This document shows, piece by piece, positions 8,765-18,626 of a stretch of DNA of 64,000 bases (position 1 is the first letter of the stretch; each line of letters begins with the position of its first letter). The notes beneath the pieces are model-generated. The model was not told the DNA's origin, did no database searches, and saw nothing but the letters and a program-made list of their open reading frames with translations. The stretch is from Synechococcales cyanobacterium VAR_4_metabat_354 (lineage in GTDB: Bacteria; Cyanobacteriota; Cyanobacteriia; Cyanobacteriales; Chamaesiphonaceae). The DNA lies in the NCBI GenBank assembly GCA_031414775.1, contig JANOQI010000062.1, forward strand, positions 32,001 to 96,000, given 5' to 3'. The position numbers and the translations under genes are program-made.

Positions 8765-8875
8765 GTAAGTAGGCAGACATAATTGTTAGTAATATCAAAA
8801 TTACTTGAAATTCATATTGTGAGGTAATTAAGCCTCATAAAGCATCTTAATATTTAATTCAGCCCAGCTACTTAC
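8765..8875. mobile_element. MITE-like element
   Basis: Imperfect TIRs gtaagtaggcagacataatt / aattcagcccagctacttac around an AT-rich core. Confidence 0.5.
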
Positions 8876-8994
8876 ATAGTTCTGGTAATGTCTTGTCTTG
8901 TATTGTTTCCCACTCCGTAATCTAGATTATTCCCAAATTGGATTAAGATATAACGTTTGTATTAGATTCTCAATCTAAATTAATATACAATCTA

Positions 8995-9027
8995 AAAAAA
9001 CTACTAAAAGCCTTTAGCAGTTTTTTG
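8995..9027. terminator. Bidirectional intrinsic terminator
   Basis: aaaaaactactaaa-agcc-tttagcagtttttt hairpin with A and T tracts. Confidence 0.6.
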
Positions 9028-9051
9028 ATTTCGCAAATCTAATCGCTAGCT

Positions 9052-10617
9052 CTACTTAGCTGCTGAGGCTAATTCTTTAGTAATAACTGGTGCAGTCAAA
9101 GCATCTTCCAGCTCAGACTTACCCAATCTTGCTTCGAGAATATTCATCACTTCTCGACCGAAATCATTAGGATTATCACGGAAGGCTTGCAAGCAAACTT
9201 CGCCAAAGAATGAGCCTAATGGTTCAGGATTCCAGAGTAATTTTTTGGCCACCCAAGGCATGTGGCTCATCGGGTTGTAGCCTGGTTTAATCACATTGTT
9301 TTTGAATGCATATTCTTCTAAATGGGTATGCGGCTGTAAACCGATAAAGAAGATGGCTGGTTCAACTTTATCTACACCAAAAATCTTTTCCATTTCACGG
9401 TGATAGGCAATCGTTTGGCGAATAGTTTCAAAACTTTCGTCAATTACATTAAAGGAGTAATTGATCGATACCATATCTTCAAATCCAGCCGCTTTGAGAT
9501 CGCGACAGTTTTGTAAGACAGTGCGGAGATTATAGCCCATCCGCATCTTCCTTACTAATTCTTGAGAGCCACTAGTAATGCCAATCTCAAAATAATTCAT
9601 CCCCGTTTTGACCATCAAATCACACAGTTCGGGTGTAAGATTATCAGCTCGAATATAAGCTGCCCATTTGATATCTTCCATCCCACTCGCAATGATTTTT
9701 TGTAATAACTCGATCGCATCATCCATATACTTGCGCGCCGGGATAAACTGAGCATCTGTAAACCAGAAATTCCGAATGCCACGATCATATAATTGGCGCA
9801 TCTCGGCGACTACTTCATCCGCTGGATTTATTCGTACTTGCTTACCTTCAATTACGGTATATACACAATAGCAACAGTTATGCGGACAACCGCGTTTGGT
9901 CTGTACACCGACATAGAAATCTCGATCTTGTAAGTAATAACTAAATTCTGGCCAAATTGTCTCGATATAGTTGTAATTGCACGCCGTCTTCTCGATCGAA
10001 GCTGGCAGTTCATGCACCAATCCTTTCCGAGGTGCTTCGCCCACAATATAGCAACGCTCAGGAGCGAGATCTTCGTTCCTAATAATTTTCTCTAACAATG
10101 CTTCACCTTCACCGATCGAGACGATCGATCCTTTCGGCAAACTCTTGGCCAACTGCTCATAGAAAACACTGACAGCACCGCCACCGACGACCAATTTAGT
10201 TAAAGGATTGTATCTTTGTGCCCGTTTTAGCCCACGTTTAATCAGAGACATATTCCGCCATAGCTCGGTATAGTGACTCTTGAGCATCCTGGCACCACCT
10301 AAAGCACCGCGTAATTTTTTGAGCGGATTGCGATCGTAAAAAACTTCAAAGGAGTTCTGGAGCGGATTACCCCCCCGGCCGCCGACTGGTGCATAAATTT
10401 GGATATCTCGCCAGGAATAGACTAGTAAATTTGGCTGAAATTCATCGATCGCAATATCCATGGCCGCACCATAATCTAGTGGCGGTACTGCGCCCAGATC
10501 AAAGATCCGTTGCTCGGCATCAGGGAACTGCTTATGAACGTGATCTGATAAGTAGACAACCCCGATCGGAAAGATCGGATTGCAAGGGAGACGACAGTAG
10601 AAAATGCGTTCTGTCAT
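9052..10617 (-). CDS. B12-binding radical SAM protein (PSII high-light acclimation, Slr0320-like)
   Basis: RLPCNPIFPIGVVYL N-terminus; CxxxCxxC motif (CPHNCCYC). Confidence 0.9.
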   Translation of the reverse strand: MTERIFYCRLPCNPIFPIGVVYLSDHVHKQFPDAEQRIFDLGAVPPLDYGAAMDIAIDEFQPNLLVYSWRDIQIYAPVGGRGGNPLQNSFEVFYDRNPLKKLRGALGGARMLKSHYTELWRNMSLIKRGLKRAQRYNPLTKLVVGGGAVSVFYEQLAKSLPKGSIVSIGEGEALLEKIIRNEDLAPERCYIVGEAPRKGLVHELPASIEKTACNYNYIETIWPEFSYYLQDRDFYVGVQTKRGCPHNCCYCVYTVIEGKQVRINPADEVVAEMRQLYDRGIRNFWFTDAQFIPARKYMDDAIELLQKIIASGMEDIKWAAYIRADNLTPELCDLMVKTGMNYFEIGITSGSQELVRKMRMGYNLRTVLQNCRDLKAAGFEDMVSINYSFNVIDESFETIRQTIAYHREMEKIFGVDKVEPAIFFIGLQPHTHLEEYAFKNNVIKPGYNPMSHMPWVAKKLLWNPEPLGSFFGEVCLQAFRDNPNDFGREVMNILEARLGKSELEDALTAPVITKELASAAK

Positions 10618-10675
10618 GGTGGTTGTAGGTAACAAATTATGTTAAATGGTGAGCTACAAAGAAATTTTAAGTATC

Positions 10676-10693
10676 TTTATATAAAGTTACACA
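10676..10693. promoter_or_regulatory. HLR1-like (RpaB) direct repeat
   Basis: TTTATATA-aa-GTTACACA about 60 bp upstream of the radical SAM gene. Confidence 0.45.
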
Positions 10694-10872
10694 AAATTGT
10701 CTGATTTAGGGGCTTTTGGGTCAGGAATTTCTAGGCTCAGCTCTGACCTAGAGGACTTTGACGGGGTGAGACTGTTCGTGATGGTAGTGATGGTTACAGC
10801 CGGGGGATCAAGGCAGTGATAGTTTAGTCTTCAATTACTTTTCATAAAAGGGTGCATCCCACCCCAAATAAT

Positions 10873-11217
10873 ATGTCTCAAATTTTAGATCCCGTTCCTT
10901 CGGATCGCTCCGATCCGATTTTCTGCTGCTACATCAATAACAGTAGCCAAGTGCAAATCGCGAGAATTACTAATATTGATAACTGGTACTTTGAGCGTGT
11001 TGCTTTTCCTGGACAACGCCTGATTTTTGAAGCGCCGATGAACGCGTATTTAGAAATTCATACTGGCAAAATGACTAGCTCGATCTTGTCCGATCGCATC
11101 CCTTGTATTCGTTTGCAGGTTGATGATCTAGACGAAGGCAGTTGGGAGAGTAACATGCTCAAAAGTTCGCCAGCTGAGTCTAGCTTGGCTGTTCCTAAAT
11201 TGGAGTATCAATACTAG
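10873..11217 (+). CDS. DUF1830 protein
   Basis: MSQILDP...QIARITNIDNWYFERVAFPGQRLIFEA. Confidence 0.85.
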   Translation: MSQILDPVPSDRSDPIFCCYINNSSQVQIARITNIDNWYFERVAFPGQRLIFEAPMNAYLEIHTGKMTSSILSDRIPCIRLQVDDLDEGSWESNMLKSSPAESSLAVPKLEYQY

Positions 11218-11309
11218 ACACATGTTGGCAAATCTTTTAGCGCTGGGGGTTGTCTACACCGGATTGCCCCCAGTTGCTATGATGATGACTGATTGTGGAT
11301 GAGTGAGTC

Positions 11310-12440
11310 ATGAGCAAGCCCGCAGAAATAATTGTGATTGGCGGTGGAATTATTGGCCTATCGATCGCCTTAGAACTTCATTGGCGGGGTCTAGCTGTCC
11401 AAGTTTTAACCAGAAGTAATACAGAAGCGGCTACCTGGGCAGCGGCAGGGATGCTGGCTCCCCAAGCCGAAGGAATTCCGTCCAGTGCCCTATTGAATCT
11501 CTGCTTATGGAGTCGCAGTTTATATAGAGGATGGACGGCGAAGCTCTCTGCTATGACGGGGTTAGATACTGGTTATTGGGAATGCGGCATTTTAGCTCCT
11601 AAGTATCAGCAATTAGATGAATTAAATGAAACCAACTGGCTAACTGTCGCAGAGTTGCAAACTTACCTCCCCCGCACTAAGTTAAGCTCCGAAGTTGTTG
11701 GTGGTTTTTGGTTGGCCGCCGATGGCCAGGTAGATAACCGGAAACTTTATCAGGTGCTGCGGACAGCGGCTCAGATCGCCAATATCGAAATTGTCACCGA
11801 TATCGAAGTCCAAGCTTTTGATCAGCCAGCTGACCGGATCGATCAACTAACCACCAATCAGGGTGATTTTAGTGCCAGCCATTACGTTTTAGCTACTGGA
11901 GCGTGGTCCGGGCAATTACTACCTATTCCGGTCGTTCCTCGCAAGGGGCAATTACTGGCATTACAGGTACCCGATATCCATAATTTGCCCTTGGAAACCG
12001 TGCTGTTTGGCGAAGAGACCTATATTGTGCCACGTCGCGATGGGCGGATTGTGATTGGAGCAACTAGCGAAGATGTTGGTTTCTTGCCCGGTAATACTAG
12101 TGCTGGATTGCAGGAATTAATGGCCAAGGCTACGCGGCTCTGTCCCCCGTTAGCGACTTACCCCATTCAAGAGCAGTGGTGGGGCTTTCGGCCTGCTACC
12201 GTCGATGAGCAGCCCATTTTGGGTGATAGTCCCTACGCTAACCTCACCTTGGCTACGGGTCATTATCGCAATGGTATTTTAATGGCGCCAGCTACGGCTC
12301 AACTAATTGCTGATGCCTTAACTCAGGTCACTAGCGATCACCACCACTTGCTAGCGCATTTTAGCTACCAACGATTTGCCAACCAAAAATTATTTCCTGG
12401 TGCTGATGCTACCCAGTTGTGTCGCACGGCTAGCGCCTAG
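11310..12440 (+). CDS. thiO: Glycine oxidase
   Basis: GGGIIG, AAAGMLAP, WGFRP and GHYRNGIL motifs. Confidence 0.9.
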   Translation: MSKPAEIIVIGGGIIGLSIALELHWRGLAVQVLTRSNTEAATWAAAGMLAPQAEGIPSSALLNLCLWSRSLYRGWTAKLSAMTGLDTGYWECGILAPKYQQLDELNETNWLTVAELQTYLPRTKLSSEVVGGFWLAADGQVDNRKLYQVLRTAAQIANIEIVTDIEVQAFDQPADRIDQLTTNQGDFSASHYVLATGAWSGQLLPIPVVPRKGQLLALQVPDIHNLPLETVLFGEETYIVPRRDGRIVIGATSEDVGFLPGNTSAGLQELMAKATRLCPPLATYPIQEQWWGFRPATVDEQPILGDSPYANLTLATGHYRNGILMAPATAQLIADALTQVTSDHHHLLAHFSYQRFANQKLFPGADATQLCRTASA

Positions 12441-12494
12441 CCCCAAAAAATAGTACATTGATCACCATCACTTTGTCACTAAGAGAGAACAACT

Positions 12495-13007
12495 ATGTTG
12501 GTTAACAAGTCTTTACTGCGTCGGGTATTGCCAGTGCTGGCTGTGATCGGCTGTACTATTGTTATTCTGCCGAGTAGAGCGGAGTACACGCTGTTTAGCG
12601 GGGTCGAACCCAAAAACCAACTTAGTTACAGCCTCGATTTTGGCAAGCGATCGATCACTGATAGCTATCGCCTTGTATTACCTGGCCGCAAAATGCAACT
12701 GGGCGCAGTCCAGCTCAATATTCTTTATCCGGAGAACTACAACGGAGTATTTGATGAAAACCAAATTACCATCAGCGCTGGTGAACAATCTATTCCGATC
12801 GCTGGCGTTAAATGGCAAAAAGAAAAGCGCAATCTCCAAATTGACCTGAAAGAACGTCTGCAAACCAAAGGTGATATCAATATCGTGCTGGGCAATGTCC
12901 GCAATCCAGACAAAAGTGGGTTGTTCTATTTTGATTGTCAGTACCGCAGCAGCCCTAATTTCCCGATCGCTAGATATGCTGGCACTTGGATTTTAAATAT
13001 TAAATAG
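12495..13007 (+). CDS. DUF2808 family exported protein
   Basis: Signal peptide; YPENYNG, NVRNP..G.FYF and GTWIL motifs. Confidence 0.75.
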   Translation: MLVNKSLLRRVLPVLAVIGCTIVILPSRAEYTLFSGVEPKNQLSYSLDFGKRSITDSYRLVLPGRKMQLGAVQLNILYPENYNGVFDENQITISAGEQSIPIAGVKWQKEKRNLQIDLKERLQTKGDINIVLGNVRNPDKSGLFYFDCQYRSSPNFPIARYAGTWILNIK

Positions 13008-13128
13008 CAAAAATTATATATTTGGAATAGTTTCTCAGAACCGCACCGCACAGCAATCCCTAGAAGCTTGATTCTCTTGCTTTAAGCCCTTGTTGGCCTC
13101 AATCACACCAGAATTCTAAAATTCACCG

Positions 13129-13683
13129 TCAAAATAAACTTTTTGCATATTCGTGCCAGTAAGCCGCAATCTCAGAAGTCTGCTTCAAAATTACGTCCGG
13201 AAGCAAGTCTGCTGGCCAAAAAGCAAGATGATAGAAGTCTACAGGTTCTTCTTCCTCAAGAATAGTATCCACATCTTTGCCGCGATCCATGTCACGAACA
13301 CAATAGCGTACTCGGTAAGTTCCAATTGAAAGCGGAATTTCGCAAACACATTCACCGTTCCAATCGTAGAGGGAAACTCCCTCACCATTTATCACAAAAG
13401 GAACTTCTACAACTTCTTCCCATGCTTGGTCAAGAGGAGGGGGAGCATCCAGCACGTCTATACTCAACCGGACGTGACCAGTATGCAGCCCTGTAATCAA
13501 AAAAAGTATATCAGATATGGCTGCTCCACAAAGCCCATTCGTCTGACCTTGAAAACAAGCAGATAGTTCAGCAGGTTCTTGGGCGTTGGACAGGACGTAT
13601 GCCTGTCCATAATGGACATACAAGCATCTATCGAAGATTCGAGTCATTTGGAGTAGATCGCCATGTTTATTTGTGCTGGACAA
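13129..13683 (-). CDS. Hypothetical acidic protein (cassette gene)
   Basis: 184-aa ORF starting just after the attC R' box GTTAGGC (minus strand). Confidence 0.7.
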   Translation of the reverse strand: MSSTNKHGDLLQMTRIFDRCLYVHYGQAYVLSNAQEPAELSACFQGQTNGLCGAAISDILFLITGLHTGHVRLSIDVLDAPPPLDQAWEEVVEVPFVINGEGVSLYDWNGECVCEIPLSIGTYRVRYCVRDMDRGKDVDTILEEEEPVDFYHLAFWPADLLPDVILKQTSEIAAYWHEYAKSLF

Positions 13684-13690
13684 CTTTGCT

Positions 13691-13777
13691 GCCTAACGGC
13701 TTGGGCTTCAGCGGTAGCAAGAGTCTTCGAGTCAAAAACAGAGTATTGAGGCTATCCGCTGCAAGCCCTGGTTAGAC
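13691..13777 (-). other. attC site
   Basis: Minus strand: GTCTAAC-cagggcTTGCAGCGG ... CCGCTGAAgcccaagcc-GTTAGGC, 87 bp. Confidence 0.85.
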
Positions 13778-13804
13778 AATGCAGAAAGACCGACAAAAAC
13801 TCAA

Positions 13805-14056
13805 TTATCTCACTGCGCGCAGCTCCTCTTGAATAACTCGGCGTAGTGTTTCTTCATCTAGAGGCTGCTTCACTTTTTCTAGATACTCCCGCAAAGCCTC
13901 ATTCATGATAGTTTGATAGCCTTTGCCAGCAGAGTCACTCCGTTCTCGAAAGGTTCCTAACACATCATCGTCAATATAAATTGTGATACGAGTTTTACCT
14001 GTCTGGGGAATGACAGCACCCCGTTTTGCTTGACTAAAATCATATTCCGCTTTCAT
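13805..14056 (-). CDS. brnA: BrnA/DUF4415-family antitoxin
   Basis: MKAEYDFS, KTRITIYIDDDV and GYQT.MN.ALR motifs. Confidence 0.85.
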   Translation of the reverse strand: MKAEYDFSQAKRGAVIPQTGKTRITIYIDDDVLGTFRERSDSAGKGYQTIMNEALREYLEKVKQPLDEETLRRVIQEELRAVR

Positions 14057-14099
14057 ACTTCTGTCTCTCCGAACGGGTCGCTGGACGGGCTGAAATCAG
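14040..14099 (-). pseudogene. brnT: 3' remnant of BrnT toxin
   Basis: Reads LISARPATRSERQKYESGI*, the BrnT C-terminal motif, overlapping the brnA start; 5' part absent. Confidence 0.75.
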
Positions 14100-14196
14100 C
14101 TAGAAAACAGGAGTGTTAGCCCGACAGCTGTCTGCATAACACGCAAAATTGGGTGTTTAGACTGCATTATTTCAGTTTAAACATTATTTTCTAGAT
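14100..14196 (-). repeat. Second copy of the cassette-array leader (first two palindromic units)
   Basis: Minus strand atctagaaaataatgtttaaactg-N8-cagtctaaacacccaattttgcgtgttatgcagacagctgtcgggctaacactcctgttttctag aligns to 4480-4577. Confidence 0.8.
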
Positions 14197-14628
14197 AAAT
14201 ATATTTCACTAATATTTTGTAATAATCTCAAAAATCATCCCGATCGATCAGGGTCTATTCTTGCAACCTTGCGGGACAGCTGTTCTGTAATGTTACTGAT
14301 AAGGAGCGATCAGGCTATGAAGGAATGCAATGGAGTTGAGTTTAGAGATTAAATTTTGGGAATGGCAGGCAGGGGCTTTTTGACAAGTGGTCACCCACCT
14401 GTTTTTTTGGGCAGTTCTGAAGATGTTTCCGGATCAGCGAAAGCCGCCATCGTAAATTATGACAACACTTTGGGCATTCTAGGTACAACAGCCTTAGCTC
14501 TACCCAGACATCACTCATGTACCTCATTAACAAATACTGCCCAGTGATTTGCGACCAAATTTATTCTTCGTCAACAGCTTCTGCACACCAAATTTCGCCT
14601 TAGTTGAGTAGGATTGGAATTCCAATTT

Positions 14629-15909
14629 ATGTCCATCATCCCTAATTTATTAAAAAATAATGAATCGCCTGTCAGTGATATTCCTTTAGAGATAGAGGAT
14701 GAGAACATCGACGAAGAATTACCTGCTACTTGGCAAGAGCTAATCAACCTCGAAGATTTAGAAGAGCCGGAGGATGAAGTTGCTGACCAATCCAGCAAAG
14801 GCCAGCAGACCTACAGTCGGGATCTAGTTCGCCTCTATTTGCAAGAAATTGGCCGCGTCAAGCTATTAACTCGTGATGAAGAAGTGGCCGAATCCCAGCT
14901 GGTGCAACGCCATGGCCAATTGTTAGAGATTAGAAATATGGCAGCTGCTGCCGTTGCTACTGGTAAAAGTAACGATGCCATTATTGAAATGTATACGCGG
15001 CTAATTAATATCCGCGATCAGATGACCGTGCAAAGTGGACATCGGCCATTACCAGAGCGATGGGCAATAGCGGCTGGTATTGATGTGGGATTGCTCAAAC
15101 CCCAAGTTGCTGCTGGGAAAAAACGCTGGGCAGAACTCGCTAATGTGACCGTCGCAGAATTAGAGGAGATCCAGCTCAAGGGGGTAGCAGCCAAAGAACA
15201 TATGATCAAAGCCAATCTGCGGCTAGTGGTGTCGGTAGCTAAAAAATATCAGCACCGGGGCTTAGAACTCTTAGATTTGATTCAAGAAGGCACGATGGGC
15301 TTAGACCGAGCGGTGGACAAATTTGATCCGACCAAAGGCTATCGTTTTAGTACCTACGCTTATTGGTGGATTCGCCAAGGCATTACCCGTGCCCTTGCCA
15401 CTCAAAGCCGCAATATTCGTTTGCCAGTACACATCACTGAAAAGCTGAATAAGATTCGGAAAGTACAGCGCCAACTGACCCAAGCTGGAGTTTCTCCCAA
15501 ACTAGAAGAAGTCGCTCATGCGCTGGAGATGACTCCTGAACAGGTGCAAGAAGTCTTGATGCGGGTGCCTCGATCGATCTCCCTGGATGTAAAAGTCGGT
15601 AAAGACAAAGACACTGAATTAGGTGATTTGCTGGAAGCTGTCGAAATCTCGCCCGAGCAATTGCTGATGCGGGAATCTTTACACGGCGAGTTGCTACAAC
15701 TCCTGGCCGACCTTACTGAAAGAGAGCGGGAAGTAATTGCCCTGCGCTTTGGTTTGGGTCATGATCAATCTTACTCCCTGGCTGATATTGGGCGGATTCT
15801 CGATCTATCCCGCGAGCGGGTGCGTCAAATTGAAGCCAAGGCTTTGCAAAAGCTGCGGCAACCTAAACGCCGCAATCGGGTCCGTGATTATTTGGATATT
15901 CTTTGCTAA
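14629..15909 (+). CDS. sigC: Group 2 RNA polymerase sigma factor
   Basis: DLVRLYLQEIGRV, ANLRLVVSVAKKY; C-terminal KLRQPKRRNRVRDYL typical of SigC. Confidence 0.85.
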   Translation: MSIIPNLLKNNESPVSDIPLEIEDENIDEELPATWQELINLEDLEEPEDEVADQSSKGQQTYSRDLVRLYLQEIGRVKLLTRDEEVAESQLVQRHGQLLEIRNMAAAAVATGKSNDAIIEMYTRLINIRDQMTVQSGHRPLPERWAIAAGIDVGLLKPQVAAGKKRWAELANVTVAELEEIQLKGVAAKEHMIKANLRLVVSVAKKYQHRGLELLDLIQEGTMGLDRAVDKFDPTKGYRFSTYAYWWIRQGITRALATQSRNIRLPVHITEKLNKIRKVQRQLTQAGVSPKLEEVAHALEMTPEQVQEVLMRVPRSISLDVKVGKDKDTELGDLLEAVEISPEQLLMRESLHGELLQLLADLTEREREVIALRFGLGHDQSYSLADIGRILDLSRERVRQIEAKALQKLRQPKRRNRVRDYLDILC

Positions 15910-17351
15910 TCTTCGGTGGCCGCTGCTTGGCCACTGGGTTGTTTCCCCGCGCAAGCTTTTTGAGCCGCTCGATCGGGCATTCCCAATTCGGCAGATTGAT
16001 ACAGTCGATCAAACTCCTGTTGAAAATGGGTAGCAACTATCGGGCTGTTGATTACTAGCAAGGTTTCATCATTTTTGTAGTTAGCCGTTGCTGACCAATT
16101 GTGGGAACCGGCAATCACCAGCCGTTGGTCAATAATTGCGATTTTATGGTGTAGCAAATCACCGGTTGGTAAACTAGGCACCCCAGCGGTGGTAATTGGA
16201 TTTGCCCAGACCGGGCGATTGCCATAACAGGGCGGGATGCCTAACATAGTTAACATTTGACTGTAGGGGCGGTAGGCAAAACCTCGATCGATCAAAACCC
16301 GAATTTTCACCCCGCGCTGCTGCACTGGTTCTAAAGCACTCGCTATTTGATTTTCAGAAAAGACAAACTGGGCAATGTCAATTTTTTGCTGGGCTTGATT
16401 CAAGGTTTGAGCAATCAAACCATTGTTGGTAGTTGTCCAGTCTTGGCTAGGTAGGGCTGGTGAAAAGTGAATAGTAATGGTGCTATCACCAACTGGAATC
16501 ATGACAGGCGATCGATCGGGTTTGTTAGTGCCAAACTTGCTATCTAGCTGATTGCCGGGGCCATCGCCCCACATCAAATTAAATTCGGTGGTAAATATTT
16601 GCGCCAAGTTAGCGCTATCGATCGACAGCAAATTGTTTTGATTGCCACGGCTAGCGAGTTGATTCAAATCTCCGTGAACATCACTCATTGTCCAATTAGC
16701 CGAGGTAACAATCATGGTGTGGCCATCGACCACCATGAATTTGTGATGCATCAAACCGCTCCCGGTCGAACCATCGGCAGTGTCGTCAATGATCGGCACC
16801 TGCGCCGCTTGCAAGATCTTCAGGGCATCGCGGTTGCTAATTTCTTGAGGGCTAAGCTGACCATCGCCATTGCTATCTACTAAGCGCACAAATTCACGAT
16901 AGCGCTCCTGTTCCCGTGCTGATAGCTGGCTGACTTCAGTGGGAGTTAATTCGCTCCAACTGCGGCTGTAGATATTTTCTAAAATCACCCGCACCTTCAC
17001 GCCTGCTTGTTGCTTTTTGACCAGTGCTTGGGCAATGCGCGGTAACTTGAATTCCTGCACTGCAATATCGATCGAACTTTGAGCTGAGTCGATCAATTCA
17101 ATAATTTTGGCTTCTAAGTCATCGCCGGGGCGCTGCTGTGGGCGGTAAGGTTCCAAATAACTAGCCGCCAGATTGTGATTGAAATAAGCTTTGATCAGGG
17201 GATGCTGTGGTAATTGCGCCACCGTGGGCGGCAAACTAACAGAGTTCTGTGGCCGGAGCCACACCCAGCCTAGTACCCCCATCATGGCAAACCCAAGGAG
17301 TATTAACCAGCGACGCTGTTGAAGAATTTTGGGAGGCAACATTTGGATCAA
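15906..17351 (-). CDS. Phospholipase D-superfamily nuclease (competence ComA/Slr0197-like, no HhH tail seen)
   Basis: Two HKD motifs (HHKFMVVD, HHKIAIID); N-terminal TM segment. Confidence 0.8.
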   Translation of the reverse strand: MIQMLPPKILQQRRWLILLGFAMMGVLGWVWLRPQNSVSLPPTVAQLPQHPLIKAYFNHNLAASYLEPYRPQQRPGDDLEAKIIELIDSAQSSIDIAVQEFKLPRIAQALVKKQQAGVKVRVILENIYSRSWSELTPTEVSQLSAREQERYREFVRLVDSNGDGQLSPQEISNRDALKILQAAQVPIIDDTADGSTGSGLMHHKFMVVDGHTMIVTSANWTMSDVHGDLNQLASRGNQNNLLSIDSANLAQIFTTEFNLMWGDGPGNQLDSKFGTNKPDRSPVMIPVGDSTITIHFSPALPSQDWTTTNNGLIAQTLNQAQQKIDIAQFVFSENQIASALEPVQQRGVKIRVLIDRGFAYRPYSQMLTMLGIPPCYGNRPVWANPITTAGVPSLPTGDLLHHKIAIIDQRLVIAGSHNWSATANYKNDETLLVINSPIVATHFQQEFDRLYQSAELGMPDRAAQKACAGKQPSGQAAATED

Positions 17352-17436
17352 TACTCAAAATAGAAGGTGAAGTGGTTAACAATAGTCGAATACGCCAGAG
17401 ACCAGGACGATACAATAGCTGTAGGCCAAGCTGATT

Positions 17437-18618
17437 TTGACTGCAACAATAATGCAAATTTACCTCGACTACAGTGCAACTACTCCGACCCGGCCAGAGT
17501 CGATCGCCGCAATTCAGGAGGCTTTGACGGCAGAATGGGGAAATCCCAGCAGTCTGCACCAGTGGGGAGAGCGATCAGCATTAGTATTGGAGAAAGCGCG
17601 GCTGCAAGTGGCCGCACTGATCAATGGCGATCCGAGTGGAATTATTTTTACCTCTGGTGGTACTGAAGCTAATAATCTAGCACTATTGGGGATTGCTAAA
17701 ACTTATTCTCAACCCCAACATTTAATTATTTCCAGCGTCGAACATGCGGCCATTAGCCAGCCAGCAGCTTGGCTACAAAGCCAGGGCTGGCAAGTCACTA
17801 TTTTGCCAGTAGATCGTTTTGGGTGCGTAAGTCCGCTAGATTTACAGTCATCGTTGCGCCCCAATACAGCATTGGTTTCGATCATTTATGGCCAAAGCGA
17901 AGTGGGCACTATCCAACCGATCGCATCCCTGGCCGCGATCTGCCAGGCGGCGGGGGTGTTGTTTCATACCGATGCCATTCAAGCTGTCGGTAGACTATCG
18001 ATCGATGTCCAAAGTCTAGGCGTAGATTTACTTTCTCTTTCTGGCCATAAATTTTACGGCGGCGGTGGAGTGGGAGCCTTGTACATTAAACCCGGTCTGA
18101 AAATATCACCGCTATTATTGGGCGGCGGTCAAGAACTGGGGTTCCGTTCTGGTACTCAGCCAATCGCTCAAATTGCGGGGCTGGGAGTGGCGGCGGAGTT
18201 AGCGGCGCAGGAAATCGCCACTGAAATGCCCCGGTTGGTCGGATTACGTGATCGACTGTTTCAATTACTAGCTGACTGTGCGAGCAGCGTTTCTGGCGGA
18301 AAATCGGACTTGAAACCTACGGGGCATCCCACCCAGCGATTGCCCCACCATTTGAGTTTTTGTGTGCCGGCGGGGATCACAGGCCGTCAGATTGTGCGCT
18401 CGATGAACTTGGCCGGGATTGGGATTAGTGCTGGTTCAGCTTGCAGTAGCGGTCGATCGAATCCGAGTGCGGTGTTGTTGGCGATGGGATTCGACCCCAT
18501 CACGGCGGTGGGCGGTATTCGGATCACCTTGGGGCGACTGACTACTGAAGCAGATATTGATTGGACGGCGATGGCTCTGGGTCAGATTTTAGATGCCGTC
18601 AGCCAAGATTTAGCATAA
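17437..18618 (+). CDS. iscS: Cysteine desulfurase (IscS-like)
   Basis: YLDYSATTP, GNPSSLH, FHTDA, SGHK and SAGSACSS motifs. Confidence 0.9.
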   Translation: MTATIMQIYLDYSATTPTRPESIAAIQEALTAEWGNPSSLHQWGERSALVLEKARLQVAALINGDPSGIIFTSGGTEANNLALLGIAKTYSQPQHLIISSVEHAAISQPAAWLQSQGWQVTILPVDRFGCVSPLDLQSSLRPNTALVSIIYGQSEVGTIQPIASLAAICQAAGVLFHTDAIQAVGRLSIDVQSLGVDLLSLSGHKFYGGGGVGALYIKPGLKISPLLLGGGQELGFRSGTQPIAQIAGLGVAAELAAQEIATEMPRLVGLRDRLFQLLADCASSVSGGKSDLKPTGHPTQRLPHHLSFCVPAGITGRQIVRSMNLAGIGISAGSACSSGRSNPSAVLLAMGFDPITAVGGIRITLGRLTTEADIDWTAMALGQILDAVSQDLA

Positions 18619-18626
18619 AGTCATCA

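Noticed and set aside
4480..14200. Single composite transposon bounded by the two inverted leaders
   Set aside because: The enclosed genes are ordinary core genes, the leaders are diverged, and no transposase or target duplication is seen; independent arrays are simpler, though not proven.
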